A stretch of 63,996 nt of DNA, filler included, from Choristocarpus tenellus KU-1152 (taxonomy: Eukaryota; Protista; Phaeophyceae): assembly GCA_964200185.2 (NCBI GenBank). It is 11 parts of 11 records of this genome, joined end to end, with 100 filler letters (N's around TTAATTAATTAA, not from the genome) between each part and the next. Parts side by side here need not be neighbours in the genome. Positions count along the whole stretch, not along the records: positions 45,819 to 53,953 come from CAXNAD020005095.1; positions 54,054 to 56,748 come from CAXNAD020025577.1; positions 56,849 to 60,959 come from CAXNAD020016154.1; positions 61,060 to 63,996 come from CAXNAD020023518.1; 7 more parts are not named here. One strand, written 5' to 3'. The notes beneath the pieces are model-generated. The model was not told the origin of the DNA, did not search any database, and saw nothing but the letters and a program-made list of their open reading frames with translations. Position 1 is the stretch's first letter. Each line of letters begins with the position of its first letter. Below, one piece after another: positions 51,151-61,678 of this stretch. Made by a program: the position numbers and the translations under genes.

Positions 51151-52514
51151 ACGGTTTAACAAGACGAGGAAAGGATGTAGCGGTCACACAGAGCAGGATA
51201 TGATATCGCACGGTGCAAGATCGATGGTGATGTGTCAGACTATTTCGCCACCCATTCCGATCGTTTTCCTAGAAACCAGAAACACACTATGAGGCACTTT
51301 AATGAATATGCGTCGAGCGCAATTCGTCGAAAGCTCAGCTTCTCATAGCCTTCGAGCTCTCGTGCCACATTAATATACCAGCCAAAGATGCGGCATGTGG
51401 GTGGACAGAATTACAATACCAACAACTATGACCTTCATCGAAAGAGCTTAGGGGACGTTGAGATCAGAGGGGATGTGACCATTGGAATGAATCTTCTTCA
51501 TAGCAGAGAATGTTAGTTGGTCCGCTCTCAGCGCGATATGAATGCCTCCCTGAAATGACATGAATATCCGTTATCATGTACAAGAAATTAGATCGAAAGA
51601 CGTTAATACATCACACCAAACACTCACATATTAGCACAGATAAATCCGAGTGCACTCGACATCGTCCTGACCTGGTCAATTTCTTGGATGATATTTGTTA
51701 TAGATGACATGAGCAAGGGTAAGGCAGTTTGGTCAGAGGAGGGACCCCAACAGGCAAAATACAGCGTACTCCCTCTACTACGAGTTGGGTGCCCATCCTG
51801 TTCAGGGGTGAGGTTGGAAATTGTTTCTCCAAGTCCACATGGCCGACAGAGAGATTTTCAGTAATGGTACCTTGTTGGAGTGAAGTCGTCGAAAGATTCC
51901 TCTGGGAAGGCAGACACTCAAGAACTCGATGGTGTCCAGTTCAGTTCAAGGTTAGTGATACTTTTTTGGTTGTTCCACAATAATTTTTTCCACAATTAAC
52001 CTCCACAAGGACAACCAAAAATATTCCACACACATATTTTATATTTTTATTCTCAAGTACCCGAGGAAATTTGTACGAAATTCGAGGGTTCGAACCCCAT
52101 CTGCATCGGACATATTTTTAAGGAAATCAGGATGGTTGTGACAATCCCAAGTCCAGGTCTCAATCAGTACGGCCTGTACACCTATATTGTCCTATCTGCC
52201 TGTACTATAATAGACCACGAAAACACAACACCAAGAACGAAGTGGTTAAGACTTTATTGGATTGTGACGCCTAGTCCAGACCAACACAAGATTCGATGGA
52301 TAACGAGCGATGGGATGACCGAACCTAACGTGTGAGAAGGAATGTATGAACGGAGGCACTAAAATTAGCGTTGGTAGTGCATGTAGCAGTTAGTGACAGT
52401 AAGTACAAGTAGTTAGTATGAGAAGTAGTCCAATGTATAGTGCATTTGACTGTATATAGTGAAAATTGCCTATCATTAATAGATCGATCAAAGCAACATT
52501 ATAGTATTATATTA

Positions 52515-53953
52515 CTACCTCCATGACATAAGTCTTTGCCGCATTGTCCATAACTTTTGAAGATGATGAAATTTATTTCTGATAGAAGATTTGGAATCCT
52601 TGACGAATTTCTGGTTAGGGTCAGCTCTTTTTCTTCTCATTACTCCCCATCCATCACGATTTTATCAGCCACAGAAAAAGCCTCCATGTCTACCTTCGGT
52701 GTGTTTTATTGCTCACCAGACAACTGCCTCTTACTTACCCCTATGTGCTCCACACTGAAGCCATTCCCCCCTTTGTATCGAAGTACTTGATTTCATACCA
52801 CAAAATTGAGCTGCCAATCTCTCTCAAGTGTGGTTTCATCATACTACTCACACTCTTTCGTCGTGACCTTCACCATCTCCTCAACAGACCCAAGACACTC
52901 CCCCATCGCCTGGCATTTCAAAGACCTGAAGAAGCACAGATCCATGATATTGAGTTCAGGGGAGTTAGATGGCTGCGTCGCCTAATCGACCACCCCTCAG
53001 TCTTCCCTACCCCTGACAAGATTTCTGAGATGTCCTTGCCTGTATGGGGGATGGCACCGTCTTGCTGGACGACAAGGTGCTTTCCCTGCAACCAAGGCAT
53101 CTTGGTCTTGATTGCAGGCAGAAACTCCTCCGTGTACTACTTCCTGTGCCATAAATGGTCTAAAGTACAGTCCTACTCATGCACATCCCCCTTTTATGGC
53201 TCTTGATTGTCCTGTCTGCCGTTTTTGGTGCACACACACCAAACACCAAGCTTTGCATCAAAGCTGTGAGTCGAATCTGGGCGGGTGTTGGCTGCAATGA
53301 TCATGTTTTTTGGGGGGATATGACTCTTATGCTGCACATTATCAGGGACCCTGGAAGGTCGCTATTATCCTCATGCGGAAATACCATAACCCTTTCCCCA
53401 TCAGTCATCACGTAAAACCAGGTTTCAGCCACATGGATCGTGTTCACCATGGAGGCGTACACACCACGTTTCCGGCCACTTGATCCCAAACAAAGTCCAT
53501 TCTCCATACCTTTTGCCACGATTTAAGGTTAGGTTTGATCCAGCGGCGATTTGACATGGCCCCCCATATCATCCAACCACCTGTTTATGGTGCTCGCGCT
53601 ATAGTTCAGTCCCGTGGCGGCCATCTTCAAAGTCACCTGACGCAGTGTGGATGGCCGATTATCGAAGTTGATACAATGTATTGCAACCGTCTTGGTCGGT
53701 GTGAGCTCCGAAACCCACCCACTACGTGCCGCCACCCCTAGGTCAAGTGTGTGACCATGGGTGTGCTGATCGGCGACGTCCTCTCCCAGAATCCTCGGAT
53801 GTAACACTCAGACACTGCAGCCCCACGTGTCACGGTAGTTTATGCTCAACAGGTACCATCGCAAAGACATGCCACACCGCACGTGCAACCCTGGTATTCA
53901 GGGACACTTGGGCATCCTTCCTACGTGGGGGGATCGACGGGTGGGTTGCCATG
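52515..53953 (-). mobile_element. Mariner-type (DD39D/Stowaway-lineage-like) transposon with a pseudogenised transposase
   Basis: Minus-strand motifs: STINRWLDDMG (HTH), YASMVNTIHVAETWFY (cf. HVDEKWFY), QHKSHIPK, FDAKLG, VVQQDGAIPHT, GWSIR, SPELNIMDLCFF. The end at 52513 reads TA|CTACCTCCAT, resembling the CTCCCTCCRT terminus. The other end is lost at a gap. Confidence 0.88.
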
Positions 53954-54094
53954 NNNNNNNNNNNNNNNNNNNNNNNNNNNNNNNNNNNNNNNNNNNNTTA
54001 ATTAATTAANNNNNNNNNNNNNNNNNNNNNNNNNNNNNNNNNNNNNNNNNNNNTTTTATTTTCTTTTTTCCTTTTTTCACAGAGCCTGGGTCCT

Positions 54095-54160
54095 CTTTGT
54101 CCCCCCGGTTTAGACCCCCCCCCCCCCCCCCCCCCCGCCCCCTTCCCCAGATACTTTGTT
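54095..54160. mobile_element. MITE family B right end
   Basis: Poly-C followed by ccccagatactttg, just after a spacer. Confidence 0.6.
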
Positions 54161-55049
54161 TTTTTGTTGTTGTTGCTTACCTCTTGCAGGGAAGAGAGTA
54201 TATCCGCATCGCTCACATCGATACGCCTTCAGCTCCAGCAGGTGCTCCGGCTCTGTGACAATGTGATCCCAGTTAATTTCCCCTGTGGTTAGCTTCTTGA
54301 ATGAAAACCCCTAGGAGATGGAATGGGTGATAAAGTGTAGGATGGGGGGAGGGGGGGGGGATGGTCGAGTGTCAATGGGGCCCTGTACCTGACTTGTGGT
54401 CGGTGTGTTCATAGTACTTTAGAAGGCGGTTTGAGCTGGCTTTATGCTGACATTACAGGTATTCCTTTTACAATTACACCCTCCTCTGTGCTTCAGGGGA
54501 ATGGGCACGATGTGTACTCTACACATGGTTAAAAAAAGAATGTAGTTAAAAAAGAGCCAGTACATATCAAACGTCGTCTCTGAGATTAGACATTTTCACT
54601 CAATTGCAAGAAACATCAGCGAGGAACAGGGTCACGGCCAAAGGGATTGAAACATATCCAGCAACAAAGTTGTTTACCACATTCAACCAATTGGATGCAT
54701 TCCCTTGCCCTCCTATTTTCTTGATCTTCACACTGATTCGTCGTAACTAGTGTGACAAAATCAGGCAGGAAAGGCCTACGAGAATTTTTATTTTAATGTT
54801 AGTAACATACTAATGATATCACACACACATTGTTATCACTATGCAATAGCACTAACTCTACACTAGATACAAATTTAAGGCCTGGTTTTCCAACCCTAAC
54901 CCTAACCCTGAACAAACCCACCCACCCACACATTCATTCACCTATCAAATATGAATGTAGATGTGTAACTGTCAGTATACGACTGAGACGTACATCACCC
55001 AAAATGTACACAGAGACATGCTACTGTTTGAAAAAATACAAGCAGGATG

Positions 55050-55415
55050 GATAGTGACTTGTACAAATAGACAAACCCAGCACTAGAAAAATAAATAAAT
55101 CAATTATCATTAATCAGACTATCTCACCACACCACATCACAAATATCAAAATGCGATAAAGCCCTAGTAATAAAAAAAAATCCCTACACTGTATCTATAT
55201 CACCTCAACTAAAAAAGAGAAAAATATCATACCAGATAGTGACTTGTACATATAGACAAACCCAGCCCTAGTAAAAAAAAACACAATTATCATTAATCAG
55301 ACTATCTCACCACACCACATCACAAATATCAAAATGTGATAAAGCCCTAGTAAAAAAAAATTCCCTACACTGTATCTATATCACCTCAACTAAAAAAGAG
55401 AAAAATATCTTACCA
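55050..55415. repeat. Tandem duplication, two units of ~185 bp
   Basis: gatagtgacttgtaca.atagacaaacccag...aaaaagagaaaaatatc.tacca occurs at 55050-55234 and 55235-55415, nearly identical. Confidence 0.92.
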
Positions 55416-55858
55416 ACACCAAGACAAATTTTACATACATATCTAAAAGAGAGACCCCTTCAGCTCAACGGACCACGAAAAAAAACCCAGGGAAATTTCC
55501 AATAATTTTTCACAGACAGAAACTGGAAGTCAATGGAGTGGGTCAGGGCATTGTTACAATATTTTACCCCAATTGGAATAAAAATACTTTTGGTGTGTAC
55601 TGTCTATATGCCTTCCTGTTTTTACATACCTGTTCTGTGGACTAAGCAATAAGCCTACAACACAGCTACAGTCGCAGGATACAGAATTTACACAAAATAT
55701 CAATGACAAAATAGGGTACAGTACCAATAAATGACACAATAGTAGAAAATCTCTATAAATTTGGTAGTTTTTTTTTTCACTGTAAAAGGATTTGAATGCA
55801 TTTTAAGATTTTATTTTTTATAATGTCAGATTAGGGTTATAGGGTTACAGGAGTTTGG

Positions 55859-56049
55859 AACACTCCACCACACCAATTTATTACACACACAAAAACATTT
55901 CATTTAACTTCAAAAAGGAGCATTCTATAGAGTTGATTGTGAGGGTGAATATAAACACTCCACCACACCAATTTATTACACACACAAAACATTTCATTTA
56001 ACTTCAAAAAGGAGCATTCTATAGAGTTGAGTGTGAGGGTGAATATAAA
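55859..56049. repeat. Tandem duplication, two units of ~95 bp
   Basis: aacactccaccacaccaattt...tgtgagggtgaatataa twice in tandem, differing mainly in homopolymer lengths. Confidence 0.92.
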
Positions 56050-59000
56050 GGGTTAATAACAATACTCACTTTTCGGATGAACCGGCGGACGACGTGCTGA
56101 ATAAAAATAAACCCGATGACCTGCCATGACCAAAAACCAAAGTTTTTTTTAATAACGACGCCATCGATCTGCGTCCATTCCCATCGCCCGTAACAGAAAA
56201 CAAACAAAAAATAAAAAAAGGCAACAGCAGCAAGGTTTTTTTTTTTTGTTGGGGGGGTAGAGGAGGAAGAGGACAGCCTTGCTGAGTCAAAAAGATAAAC
56301 GAACAAAACCCTAACCCTAACCCCAATGAGAGTGCAAAATTCGAACATGCGAATTAATTGTTCTTTTTTGAATCTCAGTCGATTCATAAAATAATAATAA
56401 TAATAATAATAATGAATAGTATTTATATTTTTTGAGGGGCTTTGAAAAAAAACTGAAAGGCCTTCAAAAATGCAAATTTTGACTTGACTCTTGTTCCAAG
56501 GCTGTTCCACTCATCAATACATCCCTTGTTCGTTTCACACACACACCTCACTCAAACAAGCAACACAGTACAACCAAGGGTTAGGGTTAGGGCTTGACAC
56601 CAATTCCGAACAAGAAAAGTGTACACAACAACCCTAACCCTAATCCTAGCTCAACATAAAATATAAAACACGTACATCATCTCTCCCCCCCCCCCCCCCC
56701 CCCCCCCCCCCCACCCCCACCCTCCTTTCTCTCTCTCCCCTCCCTACCNNNNNNNNNNNNNNNNNNNNNNNNNNNNNNNNNNNNNNNNNNNNTTAATTAA
56801 TTAANNNNNNNNNNNNNNNNNNNNNNNNNNNNNNNNNNNNNNNNNNNNCCCCCTCCCCCTCGCTCTTTTTTGCCTTAAGAGGTGAAGCTGTAAATTACCC
56901 CCCAACGCTTATTCTACATAACATGGAAAATGATTTTGACATTCCATTCAATATTGAGGTTCAATTTAAAGTCTTGAGTTGAATGTGACTCCTTTTGGAG
57001 GTATTGGGTAGGCACCAAGAATGTCTAGCCACTCCAGGTCGAGTCGGAAATCCAACTAAAAAAACCGAGGAGCTCAAGCCTCTCGCACACGACAAATACA
57101 GTGGTCCTACCCCCTCGCCAGAACCAGAGTTAAGAGAAAGGATGCCCGCCTACCTTTAAAACAAAGAGTGGTGTGGGCATAAGAGCCCACCAAATAAATG
57201 AAACGGTCCCAGGAGTAAACGCAGCATGCACATAGACATCCCCCAAATACTATATGTCCATCCTCACCCTGAAAGAAATCGCACACACAAGCATCTATTT
57301 CCACTGTGTGCCTTCTTACCGTCTGTTGTATTTCTTTGAACATTCTCTATGAACTCATACACAGAAGTGCAACAACGTAATAAGATGTGACACGAAATCC
57401 CTGTGCAGTTGAATCTTGTTAACAAAACGAATATTGTAATGAGAGGTCAAAAAGTGTGCGCTGCTCAATAGCTTCTGTCATGTTTGAATCGTTAATATGG
57501 CCCCATTTGGACCCAGTGTCATATTACCTGCCTGTGAAACTGTCACAACGCCAAGATCCAATGACAACATCTCCATCCAAACGTGCATCATGTTGCGTGT
57601 TACTCTCGCGATAATCTCACAAATTGGTTCGCGCCCAATACAGCTCGAGCTTTGTTCCTACAGCAACTGCCCATATGCATTTTAACCCTACTATACGAGT
57701 GCCGTGCTTAATGTATCTCTTTCTTTCATGGGGGTGTCGTGGATAGCTGGGTGGGTTGGTAAGCCTCGAATAATTTGCTATTTGATTCATAATAACACTG
57801 GACACTTCTTGTACAGGAAAGGATAACCATTTCTCAAATCTTGCTTATCGACTTGGATTGGCCCTGTGGTGCTGTCCTGAACTTTCCACTACAGGAGGAC
57901 AGTCAGCAAAGCTGCTCTGGGACCATCTCGTGAGATCACACTCAGGAGAGATAACAGACGACCCCACACTCCATGAAGAAGTATTGCATTTAAAATCATC
58001 ACCTCCAGCAACACTCCGTCCACAGCTATAGCCCATGCCACCACCATATGCATTTCCTCTATTATTTTTAGATCCACACTATACATTTCCCATCTGCACT
58101 CACAGCACCATGCTCAGGTATAGTCGTTCTCTTCCCCAGGATACAGATCCGTCTTATCCTGGTTTCACATCCTCCCGAATAACCTTGATGAACACCCCCT
58201 GTGCCGAATCATGCGAATCCCCACTCACAACCCCATTGTCCTCACCCCCCTCCCCCACAATCACCCTAACGTAGTACTCAAGGGCCTATAGGGAAGAAAA
58301 GTGGAAAGGGAGTGACGCCTTTGTGGGTGTGGGAAACACCCTTTTTTCCGTTCTTACGTGGAAAACAATTTGAGTCCGTAGGGAGGGGGGATTCAGGCCT
58401 ATGATGAAAGATCACCTAGTAGAGGATTTCGTGCATAATAGAAGGTAAAAAAACAATGAGCAAACCGTTGATGAAATGGGAACTAGACTGGTTTGTGAGC
58501 TACACAAGCGTGTTTGCAAGCTTGCCTCCCTACAATAGCCCCTGTATTAGATTTACATTTAGCCTCTGCTTCGTGTGCTGGTGCCACTGAATCTGTCTTA
58601 AGCCATCCTGGGGCATCATGGTCCGCACTTGATACTTAGAGTGCACGGAAAACACAGCTCTTGGGCACAAAAACAGGTCCTATTGATCTTCTGTCGTCTC
58701 CATCAATACCTTTGGTATTGTCGTGTGGCAGAGTGGATAGCAATGAAGCCTTACCACGGGTTGGTCTCTCTCTCCACATTCCACATTGTCGGGGCATCAT
58801 TGCTCATGCTGTTTGGGGTAGGAAGGAGCATGATAGAGGGGCAAGTGTTGAAAGGAAAGTCGAGCAGGGAGTTGTTCTTTGACAGTCAAAGCAATAGCAC
58901 TTTGAGGACGGCATCACCACACCTCTCTAGGAAACATTGACAGGTTTGTTACGTTACTTTGGGGGTGGAAAATCCAATCCTTTCAAGTACCTTAAAATAT

Positions 59001-60067
59001 AGTAAATATACGGCAGTGTGCATATTCTTCAATGGGTGAACAGTGGAGGCAATTGTGCCTACAGCCCATAGTAAGAGGTATGGTGGACAACATGTGTCAG
59101 GGTATATCACACATTTCACAATTTTGGTCAAGTAGTCTTTCTCACCCTGTGCAATACACTATATTATATTTCTTTATGTGCACAGTAGTGTACACAAACA
59201 TTATACTCCCCATTTCCACACACAAAGTGGCACCACAATTCAGGTAACATTTTTTCTGGAATTGTATAAACTGCATGTTTATTCCTTTCCTTGGGGCCCT
59301 AAAAATGCAACCTTGCCTACCTTTCAACTGGTTTGGCTCGCTAGGGTTGAGGTCTGGATTGTTTACCTGGGGTAATGAAGATGAATATGAAGTTCATGTT
59401 TGTTGTAGGTGAAAATCAAATGGGTATCGTCCCTTGTACCAGTGTATCGGAGTTGCAGTCACTCAATAAACCTCTGAAGGTTTCTACGAGCTCCGATCCT
59501 GTACACTGAATGCAAATAATTTATGGTATCACAACAGTATCGACTACTGGGAGGGAGAGGGGAGCAGCAATGGTCCTTGCAACTGAGCAAGGTACCAGTT
59601 GACATGCTTTCTTGGGCCTTAGAATGATCTTGCCGCTTGGTTTTTGGACGAGGATAAGAAGTTTGTGCCATTGGCAAGGGCGCTGCGAGAGTAAATGTCC
59701 GAGGAGATGCGTGAATCTGCAACCGACAATAAATATCACCACAGTAATAATTCGTCGTGTCCCCCTTCTAGTGTGGGTCTTTTATATGCAGCGCTCCCCC
59801 TTGTACCCTATATATATGGACACGATAACCAAGGATCGCACATTCACCTCTCCTGGATAAGACGCTTTTTTGACATCGATATGACGTTCTACACTCCGCA
59901 AAAGACATAATTTACATACCTCTACAATGATACAAACGTGAATGTAATACACCTGTAAACAACTCATCATCCCCTCGCATACCCTAACTTCATAGAACGT
60001 ACAAATATTATCTTTTCACACCCCTCACAAATTGACGAGGCCCCCCAAGGTCAATTGACAAACAGAT

Positions 60068-60328
60068 GAGCCAAAGTATCTTAGAGGGTAGGGCCGCGTC
60101 CATTCGGGGGTCAAAATCCAATGTTGCAATTTTGATGTAATTTTGGTTATCGTGTTTGTTAGGAAGTGTCAATATCCTTGTTCCAGACACACGTTTTCAT
60201 AACGTACACATTTTACCTACTCCGAAAAAATGTTGGAGAGGAAGATGTCATTAAAAAAAAAACATAGGAAGCCAAGCTCCAAATGGACAAATAGGGTAAA
60301 ACTCGTACCCTCTAAGATGCTTTCACTC
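60068..60328 (+). mobile_element. MITE family A copy
   Basis: gagccaaagtatcttagagggta ... taccctctaagatgctttcactc; exact 4-bp TSD agat/agat. Confidence 0.92.
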
Positions 60329-60649
60329 AGATATTGCTTAACGCTACATATGACAATCACTAAAACCCCTACCTTAATTAACCTCAATCCTACTTGACCA
60401 AGGCGATAAACCCACAAGAGATTGAACCAATACATTCCACACTTCACCAGAAACCAACACCCAAAACACCCCACCAGAGAAATCGACCCCCAAGAAGGCT
60501 ACTTTTGCAACATCTAAGTACTAAGTACATACGCTAGATTCAGACACTATACAATATTCCACTGAAAAAAGACAAACCCTCCATGACTAAAGACACTCGA
60601 ATATGCCATTTTCCCAACATGTTCATGCCATTTTCCAGCACAATACAAG

Positions 60650-60703
60650 GGCCCATTTGGACGCCCCAGTACAGACCCCCCCCCCCTCCAGATACTTTGG
60701 CCC
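60650..60703. mobile_element. MITE family B right-end fragment (another at 61060-61076)
   Basis: tggacgccccagtacagacccccc...ccagatactttggccc matches the right part of the 17720 copy. Confidence 0.7.
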
Positions 60704-60892
60704 GCCATCCGTCATATCCTGTACATAGGAGATTATTTGCCCAAAATTGTTGAAATATCCTACACTGGACCCATGGTTAAGATAATTAATCGTGTGCTTC
60801 GGTAGAGGACAATGTTTGTTAGTGTAAATACATTATGTTAATATTGCTTATGGTACCAGTAACATTGACTGAACTCTGGGGCGAGACAAGTA

Positions 60893-60959
60893 ACAGAGGA
60901 TTTTCAAAATTGGGGATGGAGCGGGACTACGAGGATGGTTGTTTTGCGAAAACGGTCTT
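60893..60959. mobile_element. End of an element related to the 46920 MITE, truncated by a gap
   Basis: ta|acagaggattttcaaaattggggatggagc resembles ta|acagccgatttcaaaaattgaggatggagc. Confidence 0.55.
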
Positions 60960-61678
60960 NNNNNNNNNNNNNNNNNNNNNNNNNNNNNNNNNNNNNNNNN
61001 NNNTTAATTAATTAANNNNNNNNNNNNNNNNNNNNNNNNNNNNNNNNNNNNNNNNNNNNCCCAGATACTTTGGCCCCCATCACAGTGTTGCAATGGAGCT
61101 ATTCTTGTGTCAACCTATTTAGCCTACACTTGTCTGTTGTCCTGACAAACTCAAGTACCTGCTTCTCTCAGTCAAAATCAGCTCCTAGTTGCAGTTATCT
61201 CCTTACACACGAGAATCCCAGCTTGGTCAAATGTGTGGAACGTGTTATTCATGTCACCCTCAGTAGCAGTGGCTTCTGAGCAACCACACAGCGGTTCAAA
61301 AGCTGTCCTTGACATATATGCCATTTTTGTCCCCTTTTGTTGTACTCACTCCCATATATCCACAAGAAGTCTAAACACACGCGTTGAATGTGATGGAAAG
61401 GTCTGTTATGTTGTGCTCTTGCAGAAACTGCCGGCGCATGCACATCTGGTAAGAACATTATGGACACTACAGCAGCGAGAGTGCTCAGGATCTGACCGTA
61501 CTTTCCACATGATAGAGAAACGGTTTGATGTTGGTTCTATCAATCACTCTCTGTCAACCCTTTCATATCATCTCACCGGTCATTAGTGAGCTGGGAACCC
61601 TATACCTTGAAGCACTTGGTTTAACCCTCACCAACTCATCCCTACACATCATAACATTGAAATTCGATCTGAATGCAG

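Larger units (their letters stand above)
54894..56643. repeat. Cluster of short interstitial telomere-type (TTAGGG/CCCTAA)2-3 tracts
   Basis: 54894-54909, 55831-55846 (imperfect), 56309-56323, 56577-56592 and 56632-56643. Others lie at 27257, 33938, 38707 and 49494. Confidence 0.85.

Noticed and set aside
29939-56510. Poly-Gly, poly-Pro, poly-Phe and VRVR/GLGL-type ORFs in the track
   Set aside because: They are translations of homopolymers, microsatellites, telomeric tracts or N gaps.
12394-61059. Recurrent TTAATTAATTAA palindrome as a biological motif
   Set aside because: It is always centred in identical N runs, so it is an assembly linker.
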